Of a stretch of 55,246 bases of DNA, positions 1 through 10,466 are shown piece by piece. Position 1 is the first letter of the stretch; every line of letters begins with the position of its first letter. The notes below the pieces were generated by a model. The model saw only the letters and a list, made by a program, of their open reading frames with translations. It was not told where the DNA came from and did no database searches. The position numbers and the translations under genes are program-made. The stretch is from contig JANRBI010000257.1 in the NCBI GenBank assembly GCA_030727625.1, forward strand, positions 1 to 55,246. The letters run 5' to 3'. This DNA comes from Salibacteraceae bacterium. GTDB lineage: Bacteria; Bacteroidota; Bacteroidia; Flavobacteriales_G; Salibacteraceae.

Positions 1-486
1 ATTCATTTGTGCTGTTTGCATTACCATGCTGATAGAATCTCTTCTGCCTAAAATTCTATTTAAACGGAGCAATCTTGCCGTTTCTTCAGATTTTTCAACC
101 TTGTATGAAGAGTACATGTTTTCAGCATTGGCGTTCACCACTACATCTTCTTGTCCTGTAACCACTACCACAAACAAGTTTTGCTCATTGAGCATTACTC
201 TATAAAAGCCTTGGTTTTCTGGAGTAAACTCAAACTCGTAATCTCCATTTTTATCAATTGTGATGGTATCCAAGTTATCTGCCGCTTTCACTTTTAGATA
301 TTGCAGGTAAAGCTGCTTATCAGCTCCATTTTCGATATTCCCTTTGATAGAAATCTCTTTCATCTTAGGCTTTTCCTTTCCTCCTGCCGCAGCAGTTACA
401 GCTCCTTCTTCGGCAGAAGTATTTGAGCAAGAAATAGCCAATATTGTAAATAAGAATATGCCAAATATGTGTTTGTTAAATTTCAT
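1..486 (-). CDS. Lipoprotein, N-terminal part only (DUF4369-like domain of TlpA/thioredoxin-type lipoproteins); runs off the left edge
   Basis: The frame is open from ATG 484-486 down to base 1 (162 codons checked, no stop). It is absent from the ORF track because it is truncated. Own translation MKFNKHIFGIFLFTILAISCSNTS gives a signal peptide plus lipobox Cys. The family call is from memory of KGxIxN...LYL...DxxGxFEF patterns. Confidence 0.6.
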   Translation of the reverse strand, partial: MKFNKHIFGIFLFTILAISCSNTSAEEGAVTAAAGGKEKPKMKEISIKGNIENGADKQLYLQYLKVKAADNLDTITIDKNGDYEFEFTPENQGFYRVMLNEQNLFVVVVTGQEDVVVNANAENMYSSYKVEKSEETARLLRLNRILGRRDSISMVMQTAQMN

Positions 487-487
487 C

Positions 488-1957
488 TTAAGCGTTGTTT
501 TCTAATGCTTTAATAATCATTTGATTTGTGATCTTAGGATCTGCCTTGCCTTTACTCAAGCGCATTACTTCCCCCATAAATAAGCCTAAAATTCCCTTTT
601 TACCAGATCGATATTCTTCCACCTTATCCGGAAATTTGGCTACCGCTTGCTCAATCCATACTTCTAGCTCACTTACGTCTTCTACTTGCACTAAGTCGTG
701 CTCAGCGGCCAAAGCTGCAGGAGCTTTATCAGGAGACGACAACATGAGTGGAAAAAGTTGCTGCGAAGCTAATGTTCGTCCCATTTTTCCTTCTTCTACC
801 AAATTAGCTAGCTCCGCAATATGCGCAGGCTTCAAAGCAAACTTGGTGATATCAATTGCCAACTCATTTATGTGACCTTTCACTTCACCCATCATCCAAT
901 TAGCAGCACTTTTGGCGCTTTTGGCCGATTTTACTACTTCTTCAAAATAGAGAGCAAAGTCTTTATCATCGGTCAAAACATTGGCTTCGTATTCCGACAA
1001 ACCAAAGTTTCCGGTATATTTTTCAAATAACTCAGAAGGCAATGGCGGAAGTTCAGCTTTTATCTTTTCGATATAGTCTTGAGTAATGGTAAGCGGTTGT
1101 AAGTCCGGCTCAGGAAAATAGCGATAATCATCTGCTTCTTCCTTGGTTCGCATTTCAGACGTTTCGCCTGTAGTTGCGTTAAAAGTCAGCGTTGCTTTTC
1201 TGATTTCGCCTCCGCTTTCAATAACATCAATGTGTCGCAAAAACTCAAATTCAATAGCGCGCTTCACATTTCTAATACTGTTCAGGTTTTTAATCTCAAC
1301 ACGAGTACCGAACACTTCAGCGCCCTTTTTTCTTATAGAAACGTTTGCATCACAACGCATGCTTCCTTCTTCCATGTTACCATCACAAATGTCAAGGTAG
1401 CGAACCAATTTTCGCACTTCGGTCAAATAAGCATAAGCCTCGTCTGCCGAACGCATGTCTGGCTCAGAAACAATTTCTAAAAGCGGCACACCAGCTCTGT
1501 TCAAGTCAATCATGGTATCAAAAGGAGAAATATCATGGATACTCTTACCCGAATCCTCTTCCATATGAATGCGCGTTAATCCAACTTTTTTATCGCCAAA
1601 TTCCGCTGTTTTTATGGCAATAAATCCACCATTACAAATTGGCGTTGTGTCTTGTGTTATTTGGTATCCCTTTGGCAAATCGGCATAGAAATAGTTCTTT
1701 CTAGCAAACTCATTATGTTCTCTGATTTGAGCTTTACAAGCCAAGCCCAGTCGCACTGCATACTCAGCACTGCGCTCATTCAAAACGGGTAAAGTACCTG
1801 GATGGCCTAAACTTATTGCGGAAGTATTCGTGTTTGGCAAATTGCCATACTCGTTTCTATCCGATGAAAAAGCCTTTGATTTTGTAAGTAATTGAGCATG
1901 AACTTCGAGTCCAACAATCAATTCGTATTGATCTATAATTTCTTGTTTTACAGCCAT
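488..1957 (-). CDS. gatB: Asp-tRNA(Asn)/Glu-tRNA(Gln) amidotransferase subunit B
   Basis: 489 aa. YELIVGLEVHAQL N-terminus, RCDANVS motif and a YqeY-like tail. ATG at 1955-1957 verified. Confidence 0.95.
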   Translation of the reverse strand: MAVKQEIIDQYELIVGLEVHAQLLTKSKAFSSDRNEYGNLPNTNTSAISLGHPGTLPVLNERSAEYAVRLGLACKAQIREHNEFARKNYFYADLPKGYQITQDTTPICNGGFIAIKTAEFGDKKVGLTRIHMEEDSGKSIHDISPFDTMIDLNRAGVPLLEIVSEPDMRSADEAYAYLTEVRKLVRYLDICDGNMEEGSMRCDANVSIRKKGAEVFGTRVEIKNLNSIRNVKRAIEFEFLRHIDVIESGGEIRKATLTFNATTGETSEMRTKEEADDYRYFPEPDLQPLTITQDYIEKIKAELPPLPSELFEKYTGNFGLSEYEANVLTDDKDFALYFEEVVKSAKSAKSAANWMMGEVKGHINELAIDITKFALKPAHIAELANLVEEGKMGRTLASQQLFPLMLSSPDKAPAALAAEHDLVQVEDVSELEVWIEQAVAKFPDKVEEYRSGKKGILGLFMGEVMRLSKGKADPKITNQMIIKALENNA

Positions 1958-1967
1958 AATGAATTAG

Positions 1968-1975
1968 CAAAGTTA
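1968..1975 (-). promoter_or_regulatory. Candidate Bacteroidota sigma-A -7 box TAACTTTG upstream of gatB
   Basis: Exact TAnnTTTG on the minus strand, 10 nt before the gatB ATG. Confidence 0.4.
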
Positions 1976-1994
1976 ACCTGCTAGTTGGTTTGTC

Positions 1995-2813
1995 TTAAGC
2001 CAGTTTGGTTAAGAAAAGTTTTAATACTGACGCCATTTTTGGTTCGGCAGCCCTTGCAGCCATTTGCACTTCTTCGTGGCTTACTTGCTCAACTACTCCT
2101 TCTACACCCAAATCGGTGATTACAGAAAGCGCAGCCACTTTCATCCCCAAGTGTATGGCGGCAATATTTTCAGGCACAGTGCTCATTCCCACAGCATCTG
2201 CACCGATTATTCTTATGTATTTATATTCTGCAGGAGTTTCAAAACACGGACCCGAAACACCCGCGTAAACACCTTCTTGAAGCGAAATTCCCAATTCGGC
2301 ACCACAATCTTTTAGCAATGAGATGTAGCTTTTGGCATACGGTTGAGACATATCGGGAAATCTTGGCCCAAGCTCATTGAAGTTTTTACCCAAAAGAGGA
2401 TTTGTTGGAAACAAATTGATATGATCGTTTATTATCATGATATCACCCACTTTAAAGCTTGGGTTCATTCCACCGCTGGCATTGCTCAAAAAGAGATTTT
2501 CTATACCCAGCTGCTTCATTACCCTTACGGGGAATACCACTTGATCCATACCATAGCCTTCATAATAATGAAAGCGCCCTTTCATGGCAATAATTTCAAC
2601 TCCGTTGATAAATCCATGAATGAGTTTACCATCATGACCCTCAACCGTACTTTGAGGGAAATTTGGAATATCGGTGTAAGAAAGAGCTGACGGTTTTTGG
2701 ATTTCATCTGCAAAACCGCCCAAACCTGTTCCTAAAATAATTCCCGCCAAGGGTTTATTAATAGGCAACTTAGACGCAATAAACTTTGCCGTTTCAGCTA
2801 TTTGATTTAACAT
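1995..2813 (-). CDS. Purine nucleoside phosphorylase (trimeric PNP-I family)
   Basis: GTGLGG P-loop-like motif, GRFHYYEG and VGMSTVPE motifs. The ORF-track start at 2822 is a TTG; the first ATG is at 2813 (MLNQIAE). Overlaps the lpxK 3' end by 20 nt. Confidence 0.9.
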   Translation of the reverse strand: MLNQIAETAKFIASKLPINKPLAGIILGTGLGGFADEIQKPSALSYTDIPNFPQSTVEGHDGKLIHGFINGVEIIAMKGRFHYYEGYGMDQVVFPVRVMKQLGIENLFLSNASGGMNPSFKVGDIMIINDHINLFPTNPLLGKNFNELGPRFPDMSQPYAKSYISLLKDCGAELGISLQEGVYAGVSGPCFETPAEYKYIRIIGADAVGMSTVPENIAAIHLGMKVAALSVITDLGVEGVVEQVSHEEVQMAARAAEPKMASVLKLFLTKLA

Positions 2814-3843
2814 AATCAACAATTCTATTTTTGAAGGCCTGCTCAGAATCTCTTAGGAATTCAATGCTCAATGGAAGCACATAAACTGGCAAAGTCGCGA
2901 ATTTCTCAAAATCCGCCAATACACGAAGCCTTTGGGCATCTTTTTCGGTGGTTAATACCAAGGTTTTTTCATCATTTTTCGCATTTACGAAACTGATTAC
3001 AGATGAAAGCTCTTTTTCAGTGAAAGCATGATGGTCAGCAAACTCGAAATGCTTCAGCAAATTTGACATTGACTTTACAAACTCGACCACGCTTTTGGCA
3101 CTCGCCAATCCTGTCAAAAGAACCACGTTCTTCCCAATTAAAAAGTCTAAAGGTTTCTTTTCAGAATCCTGAATATGAGCGATGTTCTTATACAGTTCAG
3201 TTGAAAAGAAAACAGACTTATTTGCTTTAGGGTTGATCAGCTTTTCGAATGTGTGCATTTGAGAAATACTAAGATTAGTTGGACATTTAGTCACCACGAT
3301 TATATCAGCTCTTTTGGCACCAGAGCGCGCTTCACGTAAACGCCCCATTGGCAAAACAAAATCTTCAAAAAAGGGATTAGAAAACGTTGTCAGCATGATT
3401 TTCAACCCAGGATTAACGGCTCTATGCTGCATCACATCATCCAACAAAACCACCTGATGTTCCGGTAAATCAACCAGCAAGTTTTGCAATCCAATCTTCC
3501 TTGACTCACTAACAGCAACAGCTATATTCTTGAATTTTGAATGAATTTGCGCTGGTTCGTCTCCTATTGTTGAAGCGATATCTTTATCCGAAGCCAAAAG
3601 GTAGCCTTTTGTTTTTCGGCCATATCCGCGACTCAACACAACCGTTTTGTAGTCTGATCCTAACAATTCAGCTAAGTATTCGATCATGGGAGTTTTACCT
3701 GTTCCGCCAAGTCTCAAATTACCCACACCAATAGTCGCCTTCGAGTGATCGTAATGCTCGAAAATATTGGAATCGAAGCACCAATTACGAACGCGCATGA
3801 TCAAAGAATAGAGCAATGAAAAAGGAAACAAAAGACACTTCAC
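2794..3843 (-). CDS. lpxK: Tetraacyldisaccharide 4'-kinase
   Basis: 349 aa. VGNLRLGGTGKTP Walker A and a conserved N-terminal FPFSLLYSLI..RN helix. The start codon is GTG (3841-3843), with no in-frame ATG upstream. Confidence 0.9.
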   Translation of the reverse strand: MKCLLFPFSLLYSLIMRVRNWCFDSNIFEHYDHSKATIGVGNLRLGGTGKTPMIEYLAELLGSDYKTVVLSRGYGRKTKGYLLASDKDIASTIGDEPAQIHSKFKNIAVAVSESRKIGLQNLLVDLPEHQVVLLDDVMQHRAVNPGLKIMLTTFSNPFFEDFVLPMGRLREARSGAKRADIIVVTKCPTNLSISQMHTFEKLINPKANKSVFFSTELYKNIAHIQDSEKKPLDFLIGKNVVLLTGLASAKSVVEFVKSMSNLLKHFEFADHHAFTEKELSSVISFVNAKNDEKTLVLTTEKDAQRLRVLADFEKFATLPVYVLPLSIEFLRDSEQAFKNRIVDYVKSNS

Positions 3844-3847
3844 GTAG

Positions 3848-3855
3848 CAAATGTA
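3848..3855 (-). promoter_or_regulatory. Candidate -7 box TACATTTG upstream of lpxK
   Basis: Exact TAnnTTTG on the minus strand, only 4 nt before the GTG start. Confidence 0.4.
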
Positions 3856-3910
3856 AATGCAATTGCATCCCGCAAGTCACTTTACAGGGCTATTAATGCA
3901 GTATACTTAC

Positions 3911-3918
3911 TAGGTTTG
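3911..3918 (+). promoter_or_regulatory. Candidate -7 box TAGGTTTG upstream of the Nif3 gene
   Basis: Exact TAnnTTTG, 33 nt before ATG 3952, divergent from the lpxK box. Confidence 0.45.
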
Positions 3919-3951
3919 CGCTGCATCAGAAATTAATGCAAGAAACATAGC

Positions 3952-5052
3952 ATGAAATTACACCAAATAATTGCCGTTTTAAATGAGTGGGCTCCACCAG
4001 AGCTGCAAGAGTCATATGACAATGCTAAGCTGATCACTGGCGACTCAAACTGGGAAATATCAAAAGCTATCGCCACGCTAGACTGCACCGAAGAGGTAGT
4101 GGATGAAGCAATCGAAAAAGGCTGCAACCTCATTATAGCGCATCATCCAATTGTGTTTTCAGGTTTAAAATCCCTTACCGGGAAGAGCTACATAGAGCGA
4201 ACTATGATTAAGGCGATTAAATATGACATTGCCATTTTCGCAATGCACACCAACCTCGATCACGTTTCAACAGGTGTTAATTACAAATTCGGGCAGAAAC
4301 TCGGTTTAGAAAATCTAAAAGTGCTTTCACCCAAAACAGGAATATTAAACAAACTATATACTTATGTTCCAATCGCTGAGGCGGAAAAAGTAAGAACCGC
4401 CCTTTTTGAGGCAGGCGCAGGAAACATTGGTAAATATGAAGAATGCTCCTTTAACGCAGAAGGAAATGGCACTTTCAAAGCCAAAGCAGACGCACAACCG
4501 TTTGTAGGCAAAATTGGAAAACGCCAAATAGAGTCCGAAATAAAACTTGAAGTTTTATTTGAATCTCATCTAAAAGGCAAAATATTAAACTCCCTAAACA
4601 CTGCACATCCTTATGAAGAAGTTGCTTATGAGATTGTGAAGCTTGAAAATCAACATCAAGAAATTGGTAGCGGAATGATTGGTCAAATACCAACTTCCAT
4701 GTCCGAAGATCAATTTCTAAAGCATGTAGCGAAAATGATGAAATGCAGCGTTATTCGCCACACCAAAAAACTGGGTAAAGAAATAAAAACCGCAGCTATT
4801 TGTGGAGGAGCAGGACAATTTTTGCTGCGAAGCGCTATTGCAGCAAAGGCAGATGTATTCATTACTGGTGATTTCAAATACCATGAATTCTTTGATGCTG
4901 AAAACAACATAATGATCATGGATATCGGACACTTTGAAAGTGAGCAATTTACAGCTGAATTGATCATTGAATATCTACAGGAAAAATTTCCTACATTTGC
5001 CGTCCTTTTATCGGGGGTAAAAACGAATCCGGTACACTATTTCATTTCATAA
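3952..5052 (+). CDS. Nif3-like dinuclear metal-centre protein (GTP cyclohydrolase 1 type 2 homologue, YbgI/YqfO family)
   Basis: 366 aa. IAHHPIVF and HTNLD metal-site motifs, an inserted PII-like middle domain and a C-terminal GHFESE motif. Confidence 0.9.
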   Translation: MKLHQIIAVLNEWAPPELQESYDNAKLITGDSNWEISKAIATLDCTEEVVDEAIEKGCNLIIAHHPIVFSGLKSLTGKSYIERTMIKAIKYDIAIFAMHTNLDHVSTGVNYKFGQKLGLENLKVLSPKTGILNKLYTYVPIAEAEKVRTALFEAGAGNIGKYEECSFNAEGNGTFKAKADAQPFVGKIGKRQIESEIKLEVLFESHLKGKILNSLNTAHPYEEVAYEIVKLENQHQEIGSGMIGQIPTSMSEDQFLKHVAKMMKCSVIRHTKKLGKEIKTAAICGGAGQFLLRSAIAAKADVFITGDFKYHEFFDAENNIMIMDIGHFESEQFTAELIIEYLQEKFPTFAVLLSGVKTNPVHYFIS

Positions 5053-5057
5053 AAAGT

Positions 5058-5864
5058 ATGGCTACAACAGCAAAGAAAAGTGGAGCAGAGGGCACAACAG
5101 TAGAACAGAAACTGAGAGCACTCTATAGACTGCAACTTATTGATTCAGCGATTGATAAAATCAGACAGATTAGAGGTGAATTGCCACTAGAGGTTGAAGA
5201 TCTTCAAGATGAAATTGAAGGTTTAGAAACCAGAATGAACAATCTTCAAACTGAGCTTGAAAGCTTGGAGAGTAAAGTAAGTGAGCGTAAAAACGCCATT
5301 CTTGACTCTACAGAAATGATTAAAAAGTACCAAGAGCAACAGAAAAATGTTCGAAATAACCGTGAGTTTGATTCACTTTCTAAGGAAATTGAATACCAAA
5401 CTTTGGAAATTCAACTTTCTGAAAAAAGAATGAAAGAATTTTCTGCTCAGGTAATTCAGAAAAAAGAGATAGTAACTGAGGTTGAAAATGTGTTCAATGA
5501 GCGCAAAAAAGACCTTGACCATAAGAAAAAAGAACTTGACGGTATTGTAAAAGAAACCGAGAAAGAAGAAAAAGCTTTAGCAGCAGCTTCTACAGAAGCA
5601 GCAGATAAAATTGAAGATCGTTTGTTGAATGCTTACAAGCGCATCAGAACAAGCGTGAAAAATGGCTTGGCTGTTGTTGCGGTTGAAAGAGGCTCTTCAG
5701 GAGGTTCTTTTATCAAGATTCCACCACAACGTCAATTAGATATCGCTGCACGTAAGAAGATCATTACAGATGAGCACAGCGGAAGAATTTTAGTTGACGA
5801 AGATCTTGCAGCTGAAGAAACGGAAAGCTTGAGAGAATTGACTCAAAAAGCGGTAATGGCTTAA
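5058..5864 (+). CDS. DUF164-type coiled-coil protein with a degenerate (Cys-less) C-terminal zinc-ribbon
   Basis: 268 aa, 5 nt after the Nif3 gene, which is the usual partner. Long heptad-rich E/K/L region, then ..GSSGGSF..PPQ..DEHSGRIL where relatives carry CxxC...CxxCGRIL. Confidence 0.8.
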   Translation: MATTAKKSGAEGTTVEQKLRALYRLQLIDSAIDKIRQIRGELPLEVEDLQDEIEGLETRMNNLQTELESLESKVSERKNAILDSTEMIKKYQEQQKNVRNNREFDSLSKEIEYQTLEIQLSEKRMKEFSAQVIQKKEIVTEVENVFNERKKDLDHKKKELDGIVKETEKEEKALAAASTEAADKIEDRLLNAYKRIRTSVKNGLAVVAVERGSSGGSFIKIPPQRQLDIAARKKIITDEHSGRILVDEDLAAEETESLRELTQKAVMA

Positions 5865-5886
5865 TAGATATTTCTGAGAATAGAAA

Positions 5887-5920
5887 GCCTCGATCATTTT
5901 AATGACCGAGGCTTTTTTTT
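5887..5920 (+). terminator. Rho-independent terminator after the Nif3/DUF164 pair
   Basis: GCCTCGATCAT / ATGACCGAGGC stem (11 bp, one A.C mismatch), 4-nt loop, then T8 at 5913-5920. Confidence 0.75.
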
Positions 5921-5944
5921 GCTCAAAACTTTTAGTCAAGACAT

Positions 5945-5977
5945 AAAAAAAAGCCCTAATGGAAATCCACTAGAGCT
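5945..5977 (-). terminator. Rho-independent terminator after gltA
   Basis: The minus-strand RNA AGCUCUAGUGG-AUUU-CCAUUAGGGCU forms 11 bp including 2 G.U pairs, followed by a U-run (plus-strand A-run 5945-5951). Confidence 0.7.
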
Positions 5978-6001
5978 TTTCTATTTATTAGATCTTGAAG
6001 A

Positions 6002-7294
6002 TTATCTCTTGCTAATATCTACATAATCACGAACTGTTTCACCAGTATACACTTGACGTGGACGACCGATTGGTTCGTTATTCGTTCTCATTTCCATCCA
6101 TTGTGCAATCCAACCCGGTAGACGTCCCATTGCAAACATTACAGTAAACATATTTGTAGGAATACCCAATGCACGATAAATGATACCTGAATAGAAGTCA
6201 ACGTTTGGATAAAGTTTCCTTTCTACAAAGTATGGATCATTCAATGCTGCTTCTTCAAGCTTCTTAGCAATCTCAAGTACTGGATCGTTAACGCCTAATT
6301 TTTCAAGAACGTTATCTGCCGCCTTCTTAATGATACGAGCTCTTGGATCAAAGTTTTTATACACTCTGTGACCGAAGCCCATCAAACGGAATGGATCATC
6401 TTTATCTTTTGCCTTCGCTAAGTACTTATCTACAGCGCCTGGACCACCATCAGCTTTAATAGCCTCAAGCATTTCAATTACTGCTTGGTTTGCACCACCG
6501 TGAAGTGGGCCCCAAAGAGCATTGATACCAGCTGAAACAGAAGAATACAAACTAGCGTGTGATGAACCAACGATTCTTACGGTAGATGTTGAACAATTTT
6601 GCTCATGCTCAGCATGCAAAATCAAAAGTTTGTCTAAAGCATCCGTTACAACAGGATCAATTTCATACTCTTCTGCTGGAGTAGAGAACATCATTCTCAA
6701 GAAATTGCTTGTATAATCAAGGTTGTTATTAGGATATACAGTTGGGTGACCAATTTCGTTTTTGAAAGACCATGCAGCCAACGTTGGCATTTTAGCCAAT
6801 AATCGAATAATGCTTATTCTCACTTGATCAGCAGATCTGTTAGGATCTAACGACTCTGGATAAAACGCAGTTAAAGATGTTACTAGCGAAGACAATACTC
6901 CCATTGGGTGAGAATTGCTTGGAAAACCTTCTAGAATTCTCTTAAAATCCTCATGAATGAGTGTATGATAGGTGATTTCTGATTTCCAAGTGCTCAATTG
7001 TTCCGTTGTTGGCAGCGCACCGTAAATAATCAAATATGAAACTTCAAGAAACGTAGACTTTTCAGCCAACTGCTCGATAGGATATCCTCTGTATCGAAGT
7101 ATACCTTCTTCACCGTCTAGAAATGTAATGGCACTAGTAGTCGATCCAGTGTTCTTAAAACCCGGGTCTATTGTTATCAAACCGGATGATGCTCTTAGAT
7201 TAGAGATATCCAGGGCTTTTTCTTTTTCTGATCCTTCAACTACCGGGATCTTGTACACATTACCATCATAATGCAATTCGGCAAAATCTGACAT
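6002..7294 (-). CDS. gltA: Citrate synthase
   Basis: 430 aa. GPLHGGAN and MGFGHRVYK catalytic motifs. Confidence 0.96.
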   Translation of the reverse strand: MSDFAELHYDGNVYKIPVVEGSEKEKALDISNLRASSGLITIDPGFKNTGSTTSAITFLDGEEGILRYRGYPIEQLAEKSTFLEVSYLIIYGALPTTEQLSTWKSEITYHTLIHEDFKRILEGFPSNSHPMGVLSSLVTSLTAFYPESLDPNRSADQVRISIIRLLAKMPTLAAWSFKNEIGHPTVYPNNNLDYTSNFLRMMFSTPAEEYEIDPVVTDALDKLLILHAEHEQNCSTSTVRIVGSSHASLYSSVSAGINALWGPLHGGANQAVIEMLEAIKADGGPGAVDKYLAKAKDKDDPFRLMGFGHRVYKNFDPRARIIKKAADNVLEKLGVNDPVLEIAKKLEEAALNDPYFVERKLYPNVDFYSGIIYRALGIPTNMFTVMFAMGRLPGWIAQWMEMRTNNEPIGRPRQVYTGETVRDYVDISKR

Positions 7295-7363
7295 GTTTCT
7301 TTTTTATTTACTGTTTTATTAGCTATATATCGAAGCCTTTTTTCGAAGGTTCACGAAAGTAAT

Positions 7364-7392
7364 GTGAGAACTTGTTTTTCACAAGCTTTCAC
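7364..7392 (-). terminator. Possible hairpin terminator/attenuator just after eno
   Basis: The minus-strand GUGAAAGCUUGU-GAAAA-ACAAGUUCUCAC forms 12 bp with one mismatch and one G.U. The downstream U-tract is weak (AUUACUUUC). Confidence 0.35.
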
Positions 7393-7394
7393 CG

Positions 7395-8690
<1,296 letters not shown>

Positions 8691-9809
8691 TTAAGCTGAT
8701 TGAGTTTTATTCGAATTTATTAAATTGATGAAATCATCAAACAGATACCTACTATCATGAGGACCTGCAGAAGATTCAGGGTGATATTGAACCGAGAAAG
8801 ACTTTCTGTTGTTCAATTTAATACCTGCTAAAGTATCATCATTCAGATGAATGTGTGTTACTGTAATATCATCTCTCGATTCAGCCTCAGCTCTATTCAC
8901 AACAAAACCATGATTTTGAGAAGTAATCTCACATTTTCCTGTTGCCAAATTCTTTACAGGATGGTTTATACCTCTATGCCCATTGTGCATTTTGAAGGTA
9001 GAAAGTCCATTGGCTATTGCAAGCAATTGGTGCCCTAGGCAAATACCAAATGTTGGTATATCATGCTGCTGTAAGTCTTGAATCAATTTCACTGAATCTG
9101 GCATAGCCGAAGGATCGCCAGGTCCATTGCTCAACATTATTCCATTTGGCTTCCATTCTAATATTTCAGCTACTGAAACTTGCATTGGAAATACTTTCAC
9201 TAAACAATCTCTCTCTGTTAGGCAGCTAACAATATTCTTTTTAACTCCAAAATCAATCAGAGCTACCCTATTCGAAGCATTAACATCGCCTTCTTCAAAA
9301 GCCGTTTTTGTACAAACTTTAGAACTCAATTCAAGTCCATCCATGCTCGGCACTTTAGAGAGCTGAGCCTTTAATGATTCCAAATCCAAATTCTCACTAC
9401 TAATGATTGCGTTCATTGCTCCCTTGTCACGGATATGACGCGTTAATGCCCTTGTATCAACATCAGAAATACCTACTAAATCTTGACGCTCAAAATAACT
9501 TTGAATGGATTCGTTAGCTGCAGCTCTCGAAAAAATTTCGGAGAACTTCTTGCAAACAAGACCCGCGATCTTAATATCATCCGATTCAACTTCGGTAGGA
9601 TGGATTCCATAGTTACCAATATGAGAGGGAGTCATTAGAAGGATTTGACCAAAATAACTAGGGTCTGTAAATATTTCTTGATAACCGGTCATACCAGTAT
9701 TAAAAGCTATTTCGCCTGTTGTAGTACCAATTTTACCAGCAGCTTTTCCATAATAATAAGTACCATCCTCTAGTACTAGCACAGCCTGATTTCGTTCGTT
9801 ATATTTCAT
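8691..9809 (-). CDS. carA: Carbamoyl-phosphate synthase small (glutaminase) subunit
   Basis: GICLGHQ nucleophile elbow and a HGFVV..QYHPE triad region. The ORF-track start at 9833 is a TTG; the first ATG is at 9809 (MKYNERNQAVLVLEDGT). Confidence 0.93.
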   Translation of the reverse strand: MKYNERNQAVLVLEDGTYYYGKAAGKIGTTTGEIAFNTGMTGYQEIFTDPSYFGQILLMTPSHIGNYGIHPTEVESDDIKIAGLVCKKFSEIFSRAAANESIQSYFERQDLVGISDVDTRALTRHIRDKGAMNAIISSENLDLESLKAQLSKVPSMDGLELSSKVCTKTAFEEGDVNASNRVALIDFGVKKNIVSCLTERDCLVKVFPMQVSVAEILEWKPNGIMLSNGPGDPSAMPDSVKLIQDLQQHDIPTFGICLGHQLLAIANGLSTFKMHNGHRGINHPVKNLATGKCEITSQNHGFVVNRAEAESRDDITVTHIHLNDDTLAGIKLNNRKSFSVQYHPESSAGPHDSRYLFDDFINLINSNKTQSA

Positions 9810-9837
9810 AGTAGCAAAAACTATTAATTCCAAAGCA

Positions 9838-9871
9838 TAAAAAAAGAGGACAAGTATAAACCCATCCTCTT
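9838..9871 (-). terminator. Rho-independent terminator closing the ribosomal super-operon after rplQ
   Basis: AAGAGGA (9844-9850) pairs with TCCUCUU (9865-9871) around a 14-nt loop. A U-run follows on the minus strand (plus-strand A-run 9839-9843). Confidence 0.6.
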
Positions 9872-9895
9872 AATATTTTCGTGTCGAATCACAGA

Positions 9896-10444
9896 TTAGT
9901 TAGACTCTTCTTTCTTTTCGTCTGTTCCTGCATTATCATCAGTTGAAGTAATATCAGCATCAGCATCTTTCACCTCTTCTGCTTTTACAGACTTCACCTC
10001 TTTTTTATCAATTGGATCGCTAGATCCTCTTCTAGATCTTCTAGTTTTCTTGGAAGCCACGGCTTTTTTATCTGATGTATAAACATCATTAAAATCAACA
10101 AGCTCGATGATGCACATTTCAGCAGCATCACCTTGTCTGAAGCCAGTTTTGATAATTCTAGTGTAACCACCTGGACGATCAGCAACCTTTGGAGCTACTT
10201 CTCTAAACAATTCAGAAACTGCAAACTTGTTTTGAAGCTGGCTAAAAACCAATCTCCTCGAGTGTGTAGTATCTTCTTTTGACTTGGTGATGATTGGCTC
10301 AACATAACCTCTCAGGGCTTTAGCTTTTGCTACTGTTGTGCTAATTCTCTTGTGCTCGATTAATGACGCAGCCATATTAGCCATCATAGCTTTACGGTGC
10401 GAAGTAGTTCTACCGAGCGGATTTTTCTTAATTTGATGTTTCAT
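9896..10444 (-). CDS. rplQ: 50S ribosomal protein L17 with a long charged C-terminal tail
   Basis: 182 aa. [16 protein letters not shown] core. The last ~58 aa are K/E/D-rich low complexity. Confidence 0.96.
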   Translation of the reverse strand: MKHQIKKNPLGRTTSHRKAMMANMAASLIEHKRISTTVAKAKALRGYVEPIITKSKEDTTHSRRLVFSQLQNKFAVSELFREVAPKVADRPGGYTRIIKTGFRQGDAAEMCIIELVDFNDVYTSDKKAVASKKTRRSRRGSSDPIDKKEVKSVKAEEVKDADADITSTDDNAGTDEKKEESN

Positions 10445-10466
10445 TGCTTAAAAGTCAAGCGTTATC

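Noticed and set aside
3857-3868. A perfect 12-bp palindrome ATGCAATTGCAT between the divergent lpxK and Nif3 promoters. ATTAATGCA is also repeated at 3892 and 3932.
   Set aside because: A 6-bp-arm perfect palindrome is expected roughly a dozen times in 55 kb by chance (55246/4^6), more in AT-rich DNA. There is no supporting context.
8691-9809. carA without an adjacent carB, apparently co-transcribed with eno (9-nt gap).
   Set aside because: Split carA/carB and the rplQ-carA-eno order are, to my recollection, normal for Flavobacteriia. This is not evidence of anything unusual.
8691-9833. Longer ORF-track starts for carA (9833), PNP (2822), grpE (32711), CpsB-like (46297), cyclophilin (46324) and the lone REC (48797).
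   Set aside because: The carA, PNP, grpE, CpsB-like and cyclophilin extra codons start at TTG and add non-conserved residues. Two of these starts lie inside or right after a predicted -7 box. The lone-REC start at 48797 lies inside the upstream kinase gene. The first ATG matches the conserved N-terminus in each case.
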